A DNA stretch of 64,000 nt from Octopus vulgaris (Eukaryota): NCBI GenBank assembly GCA_951406725.2, contig OX597815.1, forward strand, positions 25,234,001 through 25,298,000, written 5' to 3'. The notes below the pieces were generated by a model that ran no database searches, was not told the DNA's origin, and was given only the letters and a program-made list of their open reading frames with translations. This document shows positions 49,294 to 61,769 of the stretch, piece by piece (positions within the stretch are counted from its first letter, which is position 1; every line of letters starts with the position of its first letter). The position numbers and the translations under genes were made by a program.

Positions 49294-51633
49294 TCTTTAT
49301 AGTCATTACAAACAAAATTAATCTGAAAAAGTAAAAATTAAAATATGTACACAAATAAAATATAAACTATATATAAGTTAATAACTTTAAATATTGTCAG
49401 AAATGTTCCAAATTTGATCCTGGAAACAAATCTCAGTGGTCTTCAGATAAATGTTACTTTATTTCGTGACCACAATTAAAACCTCACGCCATAGTCCACA
49501 TATATACTGTTTCACCTCTGTAGCTTCCACTACTACTACTACTACTACACTGACCTCTGCTCCTCAGTAATGGCCAGTCTAATGCCCAATCCATTCAGGC
49601 ACCCACGAGTCATTTGTCTTTCTTCTCTTCCTTTCATCATTCTTACTGTCTCTAAAACTCCACGCCTCACACTTACTACTATTCCTTCACAAAATGTCTA
49701 CCTCCAAGAATTCTTCCCCGGCCCAAGTTTTTCTTGCAGTCAACATCTTGCAGATGTTTAAGAAAAGCGTTAATCACATTGACTTTATCATTCTCAGTGG
49801 GCATGGATACAACACTTTCATCTAAATCAAAGATTATATCTTCATAATAATTGTTCTTATGTTCTTTGCAAGAGATCAATTGCAGACAAAAAAAAATTTA
49901 CATTTTTACTAAGTGTATCAGTAACAATAATTCTCTTTTACTTGTTTCAGTCATTTGACTGTGGCCGTGCTGGAGCACCGCCTTTAGTCAAGCAAATCGA
50001 CCCCAAGATTTATTCTTTGGAAGCCTAGTACTTATTCTATCGGTCTCTGTTACCGAACCGCTAAGTTACGAGGACATAAACACACCACCATTGGTTGTCA
50101 AGCGATGTTGGGGGGATAAACACAAACACACACCCATACATATATACGACAGGCTTCTTTCAGTTTCCGTTTACCAAACCCACTCACAAGGCTTTGGTCG
50201 GCCCGAGGCTATAGCAGAAGACACTAGCCCAAGGTGCCACGCAGTGGGGATGAACCCGGAACCATGTGGTTGGTAAGCAAGCTACTTACCACACAGCCGC
50301 TGCTTCTATTTATTAAAAATATTTGATTAATAAAACTAAGCATATTAATACTTAAAAAACACTACAGAAAAATGTGACTCTTCATCCATCTACCCCTATG
50401 GTATATGTGAATGTAGGAGGAAAATTTACAATTACAAGTGTTGCTTTCATTGGCTGTGGACTCAGTTTCAATTCTCTCAATTATGACAGAACGGTAATGC
50501 CAAACAAACGAAAAAATTGAATGCCTGCTTAATGATGACATCAAAGAGAATTCCAAACAAGGAATTCTCTCTTTCAATTTGCAGCTGTGGCAAGACTGTC
50601 TGCAATTAAACTGGCCAACCCTACTTAGTTTACTGCGTAAGGTAGCTATGTGGGGGTCTAGCAGGATTAACCAATGATACCCGGAGAAGAGAAAAGTGCC
50701 AGCAGATTATAACAATTGAAATGTAGCATGATAAGCCAGATCATTTGGGGCTCACTGGCTGAAGGGAAAGATGGAAAAAAGGCAGTTGTTTACCTCATCA
50801 TGCACCTAAGGCCTCTCCACAATATGGATTTTAATGTTACATGATAGCATGGATTAGCCAAAACTGGAGCATTTACCAATAATTGGAACATCTTGAGACT
50901 TAAGTTTCCACTGAAACAATCAGGGGAAAACAGCATTAAGTTTGCAAGTCTATTTCACACACACACACACACACACATATATATACATTGTAGGCGCGGG
51001 CATGGCTGTGTGGTTAGGGAGCTTGCTTCCTAGCTACATGGCTTCGGGTTCAGTCCCACTGCGTGGCACTTTGGGTAGGTGTCTTCTACTATAGCCCCGA
51101 GCCGACCGGAGCTTCGTGATTGAATTCGGTAGGCAGAAGTTACTGCCGTATGTGTATGTGTGCGTATAGCTGCTCAGTGCCTCTCTGAAAGAGAGAGAGG
51201 GATTTAAGATTGAAAACATCTGTCCTGAAGAAAATAAAAACAGGTTCTGCAGATGTTATGTCCCTTTGCTCTACTTGTTGATTAATAAAATATGTCCCAA
51301 TCAAAGTCCTGAAGCTGATACTATCCACTTCTTGGACGGAGTTCTGTTATAGCTATTTCATGAAGTTCGATACCTCATGAGAAAGGAAAAGAGTGGTTCT
51401 TTTCCCCTTCACGTTAAAGTATTCCTGAGTTTTACACAAAGGGAAATTATGATTCTGAAATATTTCTTTTCCCTCCAAAAATTCAAGTTTTTCAATTTTT
51501 GCCGTCTAATTCCATGACCTTTTCTCATGAATTGAATAAGATTAACGACAGATTAGCTAGGGTTCACCACAGATTGTCTATGAAATAGACTTGGTGTTTA
51601 GCTTCATTCTATAGACAACGAATTTAGAGATTA

Positions 51634-52974
51634 CTAGCAGAGATATCCGGCGTTGCCCGTGTCACATGGAATTGAAGAATTAGACTTTTCTTTTACATTT
51701 TCTCTAATGAACTGGAATGCCTATGATTCAAATTTCATCAAAATTGCAGATTAAGAATTTATCCCATACTACTCATCTTTATGCCCAGATTCCAAAATCC
51801 AAATCTAATGAAACCTATTAAAAAATTTTTGCTCCTGAAAAATGGAGCAAATGGAGCTCTAAAATGTGGGAGTTAAGGCCCCTATTGGTAGTGGTGGTGG
51901 GGGTTCTTAAAGTCAACCGGAGAAGTTGAATTGTTGGGAATCTTTTTTAACTTGGGTCTTATATCTATTGTTCAAATTTCTTTGAAATTGCAAATATATG
52001 AATGTTCACTAGGTTTGTAAAAGAGAGCAAAGCTACAGGAAACCACAAGACGAATGATCACAATAAGCAGTCAGCTACCCTACCCTTGTCGTTACCACTC
52101 CCCAATGTAGGATTTCTCACCATACAAGTGATGAGCACAGCCGTAAGATGCATTATGGATCTATAGTAATTGGAAAGTTGTTACTCAACTCAAATAAACA
52201 TTGACAACTGTGAGACGTGAGGGCTAAGAAGAAATGAAAGTGTCACCTCTGGAGTTTGCTAATGATCACTATGCCGATAGGTATTTGAACAGAACAAATT
52301 TGCAATCTATAAATCCCTTTGAATGACCAGTCACTTATCTTGGAAGGCCTTGAAATCAAAGAAGTTGAAATTTTAGAAATATTACTTCATTTGTGTCTAA
52401 TATCAATGGTTAAAATTTCATCAACAGCAAAAATATATAAATTTTTATGGGGGTTATGGCCTCAGTTATGCCCCACCTCACTTTCAAACATATTCTGCAT
52501 TACATCTGTCCTCATGCATAGAATATAATTTCCAAATTGCATAAAGATGCAATCAGTACTTTTGACCTAGTTTTGGATCATTAAAAAATTACTAAAATTT
52601 GGGGGTTAGAATCCTCATGAGAAGTGGAAACTTCGGGAATATTTTTTGATGTGTGTCAATTACCTATGGTTGAAATTTCATCAACATAAGAAATTTATGA
52701 ATTTTCAGGGGGGGTTTCGCCCTCTTTAAGCCACCTCAAATTCAAACCAAACATACTGCATTATACCCACCCTTATGCATTGAATCTAAGTTCCAAATAT
52801 CACAAGGATCCATTCAGTAATTTTGGTCCATGAAATTGTATGAAACATACAGCATTGCCCTTCTCCCTAGGCTTGGATTTTATGTTCCAAATTTCATTAG
52901 GCTCGGTGCAGTAGTTTTTGAATCTATAAGCAATACATGGACACACATAAAGACATTAACTTTTATATAATAGA
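51634..52974 (-). mobile_element. Non-autonomous Helitron-type element (family H2, 1.34 kb)
   Basis: Minus strand A|TCTATTATATAAAAGTTAATGTCTTTATGTGTGTCC ... CGGGCAACGCCGGATATCTCTGCTAG|T. Confidence 0.8.
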
Positions 52975-53757
52975 TATAAATAAGGCGGCGAGCTGGCAGA
53001 AAAGTTAGCACACCGGGCGAAATGCTCAGCGGTATTGCATCTGAGTTCAAATTCCGCCGAGGTCAACTTTGCCTTTCATCCATTTGGGGTCGATAAATTA
53101 AGTACCAGTTACGCACTGGAGTCGATATAATCGACTTAATCCGTTTGTCTGTCCTTGTTTGTCCCCTCTATGTTTAGCCCCTTGTGGGCAATAAAGAAAC
53201 AGATATAAATATGCACATATACATACATGTATATGTGTGTGTATTATATATACATACATATACACACAGAAAGATAGATTGATAGATACAATTGAGTGGG
53301 CAAACAAAAATATGAATCACTGCCTTGAAGAATTTTTTGTCGAATGAATCAACTACAGTGCTTTTGTTTATTATTTTGGATAAGCTTGATACTTATTCTA
53401 TCAGTCTCTTCTTGTCAAACCAGTAAGTTATGGGGATATAAATAAACCAACAGCAGTTGTCAAGCAGTGATGAGGGAGAAACACAGACACATACACTTAG
53501 ATATATACGTATATATAAGATTGACTTCTTTCAGCTTCTGTATACAAAATCTACTCACAAGGCTTTGGTTGGTCTGAGGTCATAGCAGAAGACACTTGCC
53601 ATGTTACCACACAGTGGGATTGAACCCAGGACCATGTGTTTTGGAACCAAGTTTCTTACCACACAACTATACCTGCACCTATATATATAGTCCCACTGTG
53701 TGGTAACTTGGCAAGTGTCTTCTGCTATAGCTGCAGACTAACCAAAACCTATATACA

Positions 53758-53841
<84 letters not shown>

Positions 53842-54262
53842 TGTATATGTGTACATATTGTTGGCACTCCGACGCTTACGAAGACGAGGGTTCCAGTTCA
53901 CCCGATCATCGGAACAGACTGCTCGTGAAATTACCGTGCAAGTGGCTGAGCACTCCACAGACACGTGTACACTTAACGTAGTTCTCGGGGAGATTCAGCG
54001 TGACACAGAGTGTGACAAGGCTGGCCCTTTGAATTACAGGCACAACAGAAACAAGAAGTAAGAGTGAGAGAAAGTTGTGGCGAAAGAGTACAGTAGGGTT
54101 CGCCACCATCCCCTGCCCTAGCCCGTGGAGCTTTAGGTGTTTTTCGCTCGCGATCCTATGACCGCGAGTTCGCTGCCCCAACCACTGGGTCATTGCGCCT
54201 CGTGTGTACATACATATACATCTCTCTCTACATATACATCTAGATCTATACATATACTACAT

Positions 54263-54297
<35 letters not shown>

Positions 54298-55559
54298 TTG
54301 TGAGATGATAGTTTCCCTTTACTTCTGTATTAATAGTGAAAGTATCTGACATTACAATAGAGAGATGTTATCGTTTCACTTTTGACACGTAACACTAAAA
54401 TAATGGAAAAGATAAAGGATTGCTCAGGGCTCGTATTAGGCTTGAAGTTGAAAATATTTTTAGCCCATGACACTTCATGGACCCTAAGTAAGGCATGTGT
54501 AAAATTTGAATGAAAATGGATGAGTAGTTCTCGAGTTTTAGGGATTCACACAGACACACGTTCTCATCTTTATATATATATATATATAATAAAGAATTAC
54601 AAACATAAACTGCAAAAATAACATTTTTCTAAGAAATAAATGTAGCAAATTCTAGTGAAAACGGAAAAACTGCTAGACCGAAAATACTCTTAATGAGTTA
54701 ATGAGAAAAACAAGACCGACTACTACGAACCTCTCACACAAACCACGACTCCAAAAGCTAGATTCCAAGCACTGAATATTAACTCTAATGAGTTATTAAT
54801 CATAGTTTATAGGCTGGTTGCCATCATTAGAAAATTGAGGATGTGAATCGACAGCACAATGTTTATATTAAAAATAAATGCAACGGTTACTGATTCCATA
54901 ATTAAAACTTAACTGAAAGTAATCGATATTTTTCATTCAATTTCAGACTGATCTAATTATCTCCTAATATGAAAAATAGTTTGTTTTAATATCAAGCTTA
55001 ACAATGAGAATAATTCTTTCAGGAAACATAAATGTAAATACATATTTACGTTAGCTTTTATTATGTTCGAAAACGACGTAAAATGAAATGTTATTGTAAC
55101 AAATGTACATTCAACTTCTATTCTTTTCTCTTTTGCAAACTAACAACGATTTTAGTAGAACATATTTGAGGTTTGCAAATCAAAACATGTCTTTTTAAAT
55201 AAAATAAATTTTTTACTAACAACGCCCTGTTTATTTATCAGACTTAAAATAGTTTAAGTATCTTCGCTTTTAATATCTAATTTTCACTCAATGGTACTAA
55301 AATGTATCATTAGAAATCTAAAGGACATTATCGACTTAATTATAAACAAAAAGATTATTGAAGACGTAAACGTTGAAGGCAGTTTGATTGCATGTAAACC
55401 GGAAAAATACACGTTCAGCATGCAGGAAACTCACACACAATACACAATCTATTAACCGCATCATTGAAGGAAGTTTATCAAATAGCAAAGTTACTGTTAA
55501 AAGTTGAAAAGACTTAATAAGTTTAATAAACAACATTAGAGATATAGTAATGTAGTGAC

Positions 55560-56100
55560 AACACTTATGAACATACAGATAAACCTACCTAATAAATAAA
55601 GAGACGAATCATTTATTCTGGAGATCGCTTGAAAATTAATATGGGGCAGAGTATTCATCAAAATATTGATAATATCAATTATTTAAATTCCCGGTGATTT
55701 ACAGATCCAGAAAGTTGTGCTTCCCTTGCATTGATCTTCGTCCATATTTGAATGTGTCCACTTCCTGAGCCTGTGTGTGAGGTTCGTGATAACTGGCGCC
55801 ACACTCTTCGCGCAAAGGTAAGTACTTTTTTTTAAAATTAATTAATTAATTTAATTCAAGGAAGTTTTCGATCATAAAAATATTAAAAGATATATTATTT
55901 TTATAATTGTCTTATCTGATGCATTTCAATCGGTATTAATTTAGCTGCCGAATTTATTTACTCTCAATTTCGCGTTTCCTCTCATCTGCCGTTTATTCAT
56001 TTCAATCGTGTTAGCGCGCATTTTGTAATATGACTTATATTTCGCGGTACCATCACGATCCTCCTTCATTGTTTTATTATTTCGCGAAGGGATAGCTATA
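55560..56100. promoter_or_regulatory. Probable bidirectional promoter (DAXX on - strand, unknown gene on + strand)
   Basis: Non-TE sequence with local CpG enrichment, several TTCGCG/GCGCGC E2F-like words and an ETS-like CACTTCC. Candidate donors face outward: minus AG|GTAGGT at 55588 and plus AAG|GTAAGT at 55818. Confidence 0.5.
55761..55817 (+). other. Candidate non-coding first exon of a + strand gene whose body lies beyond the window
   Basis: Pyrimidine-rich start CTTCCT, short GC-richer exon, perfect AAG|GTAAGT donor. No downstream coding exon recognised in the window. Confidence 0.45.
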
Positions 56101-58136
56101 ACATCCCCATCAACATTTTATTCAACAAGTTTTACGTTTTATAATCGTAAAAGTTTCTGTATTCATATCTGTAATAATTTTCGATCTTTTTTCATTCAAC
56201 AAGGCAACATTTTTAGCTTTCGCTAACAGCAGTTACATATGAAGATTTATTTAAAATCGGAAATATTCAGGATCTGTTGTTTTAAAAAAGTCCTAATTTA
56301 ATAAGTGAATGATTGTTACTGTTTCTTCAGTAGAAATGCTTCTATTGATACATGTTGACACAGCTGGTATAAATTATCAGATATGATTTCTTTGGTGTTA
56401 AGCTACCGTTTTCATTTTTTGAGAGAGATATATCAAATAATTGCTAGATTCAACTAAATTAGGCGGAGAAATTTTATTTAATTTTACTTAGGAATTGTTA
56501 AATGCATTTTCCATGAAATTGTGTTTATGTGTTAAGACGCGCAGTTTTGAAAATGCGTGAATTATTTTATGCCCTGAATTGCATGTTATCTTTCATTTTG
56601 CAATGATAATGATGAAATTGTTGCGTAATTTAAATTTGTTTTACATGAATAAGTTATCTTGCAATTCTATCATAACATTCAATTTCAAACTGTTCTAATT
56701 ATCTCCTAATATGAATAATAGTTTTTTTTTTTATATCAAGCTTTACAAAGCTTTCAATGTTTAACGCACTACACCTTAAGCCATATACACAATGAGTATA
56801 ATTCTTTCAGGAAACATAAATATAAATACATATTTACGATAGCTTTTATTATGTTGTTCGAAAACGACGTAAAATGAAATGTTGTTGTCCTCGTTCCTCA
56901 GCGGATATACAACGTTGCTGGCAACTAGATGAGCGGGAACTTGATGTAGTAACAAATGTACATTCAACTTCTTTTCTTTTCTCGTTTGCAAACTAACAAC
57001 GATTTTAGTAGAACATATTTGAGGTTTGCAAATCAAAACATGTCTTTTTAAGTAAAATAAATTTTCTACCAACAAGGCCCTGTTTATTTACCAGACTTAA
57101 AATAGTTTAAGTATCTTCGCTTTTAATATCTAATTTTCACTCAATGGTACTAAAATGTATCATTAGAAATCTAAAGGACATTATCGACTTAATTATAAAC
57201 AAAAAGATTATTGAAGGCAGTTTGATTGCATGTAAACCGGAAAAATACACGTTCAGCATGCAGGAAACTCATACACAATCTATTAACCGCATCATTGAAG
57301 GAAGTTTATCAAATAAAGTTACTGTTGAAAGTTGAAAAGACTTAATAAGTTTAATAAACATTAGAGATATAGTCATGTAGTGACAACACTTATGAACATA
57401 TAGAGAAACCTACCTAATAAATAGAGAGACGAATCATTTATTCTGGAGATCACTTGAAAATTAATATGGGGCAGGGTATTCATCAAAATATTGATAATAT
57501 CAATTATTTAAATTCCCGGTTGATTTACAGATCCAGAAAGTTATGCTTCCCTTGCATGATATTTGTCCATGTTTGAATGTGTCCACTTCCTGAGCCTGTG
57601 TGTGAGGTTCGTGATAACTGCCGCCACACTCTTCGCGCAAAGGTTTTTTTTTTTAAATTAATTAATTTAATTCAAGGAAGTTTTCGATCATAAAAATATT
57701 AAAAGATATATTATTTTTATAATTGTCTTATCTGATGCATTTCAATCGGTAATAATTTAGCTGCCGAATTTATTTACTCTCAATTTCGCGTTTCCTCTCA
57801 TCTGCCGTTTATTCATTTCAATCGTGTTAGCGCGCATTTTGTAATATGACTTATATTTCGTGGTATCCTCCTTCATTGTTTTATTATTTCACGAAGGGAT
57901 AGCTATAACATCCCCAACAACATTTTATTCAATAATTTTCGTTCTTTTACATTCAACAAGGCAACATTTTTATTTTCGCTATCAGCAGTTATATATGAAG
58001 ATTTATTTAAAATCGGAAATATTCAGGATCTGTTGTTTTAAAAAGTCCTAATTTAATAAGTGAATGATTGTTACTGTTTCTTCAGAAGAAATATTTCTAT
58101 TGATACATGTTGACACAGCTGGTGTAATTCATCAGA

Positions 58137-59266
58137 CTAGCTTAAGGTGACCCGCTCTACGCGCCGGTAAGAGTGTGGTTGTTATTTTCTGTTGCATCCT
58201 TTCGGCACGTAAAAAGCACCATCCGAACGTGGCCGATGGCAGCGCCGCCTTGACTGGCTTTTGTGGCAGTGGCACGTAAAAAGCACCAACCGAAATTGGC
58301 CGCCGCCAGTGCCTCTCCCCTCGTGGCACGAAAAGAGCACCCACTACAATCACAGAGTGGTTGGCGTTAGGAAGGGCATCCAGCTGTAGAAACAGTGCCA
58401 GGTCAGACTGGAGCATGGTGCAGCCTCCTGGCTTCCCAGATCCCAGTCCAACCCGTGCTAGCACGGAAAACGGACGTGAAACGATGATGATTCTCCCTGT
58501 TCGTTTCTCTCTTCCTTTCCCACTCTCTTACTCTTCCTTTCTTTCGGACTCCCTCGCTTTCTCTTACTCTATCTATCTATCTCCCATTTATAAACAACAA
58601 AAGATCTTGAGTAAGTTAAGAAAGAAAGTAGTTTGAAAGATCAATCATAAATATTGGGCAGTGACAACGGAAAGGTCTGCTTCAAGGCAGAAAGCAAAAC
58701 ACTAACATTTAAAAGGGACAGACGAACTTGCGAGCTGAATAAAAATTTAAAAATATTGGAAACCAAAGTTTGAAAGGATAGAATCTGAGGAGAGTAGAGT
58801 CACTATGGCTGGCATTTCTTAACGACGGACAGTAACATAGTGGCAGTTTAACGGCTGGCGTAAAATTTTGAACTTGATGTGAAAGAAAATTCCTAAACAC
58901 CAAGCTTTGAAGTGATACTTTCTCACGACAGTAGACTCACCATGGCAAGCATTCAAAACTTCTTCATCATGGACGGCAACACATTGACGATTTAAAGGCT
59001 GGCGCAAATTTTTTAGCTTCATGTAACAGAATTCCTAAACACCTGCTCCTGTAAAATTTTAATCCCCTTCAAGCCCCATTTAGACCTCTTTTCACATTTT
59101 GGTTAATATAACCCAATTTCATTCAGGTCACATTTTATAAGATGAGGAATTTTGTCCTAGAGGTCACGCCTTTCATTTGAGGAAAAAAATAGTTGCCATG
59201 CAAACTCGCCAGCACTTTTAACATAGGTGTGCATATTTTCAGCACAACCGACCACATAATGCACAC

Positions 59267-59311
<45 letters not shown>

Positions 59312-60619
59312 GCATTATATATATATATGTCTGTGTGTGTGTACGCATTATATATACAAATGTATACATATCTATATATATAAAACTGTAGTTGCGTGAG
59401 TGTCTGTCTCCTACGATTTAGATTCCTAACTCCTCCCACATTTTGCGGTGCAGTTTAACCAAATTCGGGTATCTTATAGTCGTGATTAATATCGAGCCCG
59501 TCTGGCTATTAGCGCGCGTCTACGATGAGTCTACGATTTTAAAAATAATTTAACATCATTTTTTATTCCATTTTAATGCATAATTTTTCGTGTGTCGATG
59601 GCGGCGGAGTTGGCGTCCACGCTCAAACACCTGCACCTGTGTTTGCTTCTCCCCCTTCTTCCCTCCCTCGTGAAGCTGTGGGGAAGGGAGTTTAAGGAAA
59701 TCAACGTCGTAATGCGTTGTCAAGGAGACCAGCGTTCTTTTAGAACAACGACTTCATGGCTTGAAGACACCAAAACAGAAATGGCTAAGAAAGCCCGAAT
59801 TGGCATCTATAAAGGAAGTAACTCTCTAAAAATGCTTATATAGTTATTTCCCTTACAAACCCGAGCAACGCCGGGCGATACTGCTAGTATATATATAAAT
59901 TAAATCAGAGATAAAACTACTATTAGGCAAATCAAACAGTGAAAAACATAAACGAAAACATAAAAATAAAAATATAATATACAAAATATATAAAATTTTA
60001 ATTATTTTAATTTAAAATTAGAATTATTAATTTATATTTATAATTTTTTTTTTAAATATATATAACTATCAAAAAGTATTAAAAAGTTTAATATACATAT
60101 TTATATATAGAACACACACACACATATATATGAATTAACCCAATAAATATCTGATTCATAATATTTGTTCTCATGATTGTGTGGTGGTGTTGGCGATGAT
60201 AATTCTGTCCATGAATGCAGACAGACGTAGAGAGAGAGAGAGTGTGAATGCGCTGTCGAAGGCGGGGAGGGGGAGATACAGAATGCTCTTTGACGACGTT
60301 ATAAAGAGAAAGTGAAGGGGAGTTAGACGCTGTTAAACGACGTTATATATAGAAAGTGATATTAAGGGAGGAAAGAGAGTGAGTGACGGAGGAAGACAGA
60401 TACATAAAAGAATGAGAGTAGACTTGTCAAAGTGCGTTTTTGGCCCAAGCAACGACACCTTTTAAGATTTCTAATGTAGCCCACTGGCATCCTCACCTCA
60501 TTTTACATGTCCCTGTAAATTTTGGAGTCAATCCGACGGGATCTAGTGGCCTTTAACCCATTCTCAATGCCAAAACCAGACAAACAAACTTTTCGCATTT
60601 CAGATTTATAATATAGAGA
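58137..60619 (-). mobile_element. Non-autonomous Helitron-type element (family H3, 2.48 kb including nested insertions)
   Basis: Minus strand A|TCTCTATATTATAAATCTGAAAATGCGAAAAGTTTGTTTGTC ... GCGGGTCACCTTAAGCTAG|T. The empty site ATCAGA|TATGATT is in duplicate copy 1 (56381/56382). Confidence 0.88.
59371..59887 (+). mobile_element. Non-autonomous Helitron-type element (family H4) nested in H3
   Basis: A|TCTATATATATAAAACTGTAGTTGCGTGAGTGTCTGTC ... CCCGAGCAACGCCGGGCGATACTGCTAG|T. Confidence 0.85.
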
Positions 60620-61769
60620 TATGATTTCTTTGGTGTTAAGCTACCGTTTTCATTTTTTGAGAGAGATATATCAGATAATTGTTAGATTCAACTAAATTAG
60701 GCGAAGAAATTTTATTTAATTTTACTTAGGAATTGTTAAATGCACTTTCCATGAAATTGTGTTTATGTGTTAAGACGCGCAGTTTTGAAAATGCGTGAAT
60801 TATTTTATGCTCTGAATTGCATGTTATCCTTCATTTTGCAATGATAATGATAAAATTGTTGCGTAATTTAAATTTGTTTTACATGAATAAGTTATCTTGC
60901 AATTCTATCGTAACAAAAGTTAATACATTTAAGGGTAACCAATAGATGAAAATGATGTTCCAGAGAGCGAAACTTGTGAAGTCGGCAGAAATCATCATTT
61001 TTGTAAATGCTTTTAGATTTCGGGTTCAGTCCCACTGCATGATACTTTAGACAAGTGTCTTCCATAGTTCCAGGCCGACCAAAGACTTGAGAGGGGTTTT
61101 CGTAGACGAGAACCAAAAGAAGCTCGTCATGTATGTATATAAATATATGTGTGCCCTAGTCGTGGACCCTGGAAAGCGTCAAAGTAGGGGATTGCTTTGT
61201 AGGGTGAAGTACGGTTGGGTCTTCAGTGACCCAGAGCCGCTACAGTACCTGTGAAGGCCTGTTAAGAACCTTCAAGCGGTAGGTTGAAGGAGTTATGGTA
61301 CCACCATTCAGGTTGGTATGATCCCTAAAAGAATCAAGTTTTGGCAGCTCAATGCAGCCCCATTGTTCCAAGACGGCCCATCTCAACCACATGATGAGCT
61401 GCAGAGCAGACTTTGGAGTGAAATGTGTAGGCATTGGTTTTGCAAACTGTCATCTACACTTATAAAAATCACATGAATAACCCATCTGGGCCCTGCATGA
61501 TACTCTCCGTCCTTTCTTCATGTCCAATGGTGATATCCCCATCGGAAACAGGAGCAGGCTTGGTACACTGGAAACTTCTAGCTTGTGAACATTCATTGGT
61601 GATGTGCAAATGATGAACATTTTCTCCTTGAAGTAGTGGTGATAGAATTTCAGCTGCTGTGTGCATGACTGGTTTATTTTGGTGCACCGCTGTCCTGCAC
61701 AAGGAAGCCCCTAGAAAAGGTGGGGGTAAACATTGGTCACTGCTCTCTTCATCTGGCTAGTTTACCACA

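Larger units (their letters stand above)
54934..60915 (+). repeat. Tandem segmental duplication: copy 1 54934-56675, copy 2 56676-60915 (expanded by the 58137-60619 insertion)
   Basis: Long collinear near-identity. Both copies start CATTCAATTTCA(G/A)ACTG and end GCAATTCTATC(A/G)TAACA, with a CA microhomology at the junction. Confidence 0.93.

Noticed and set aside
50400-50900. Faint LINE-like peptide traces (also 22900-23400)
   Set aside because: Too degenerate to assign a family or boundaries by eye.
56828-56962. Possible H/ACA snoRNA (two hairpins, AAATGA hinge, ACA)
   Set aside because: Stems are weak and wobble-rich, such boxes are frequent by chance in AT-rich DNA, and no guide target was identified.
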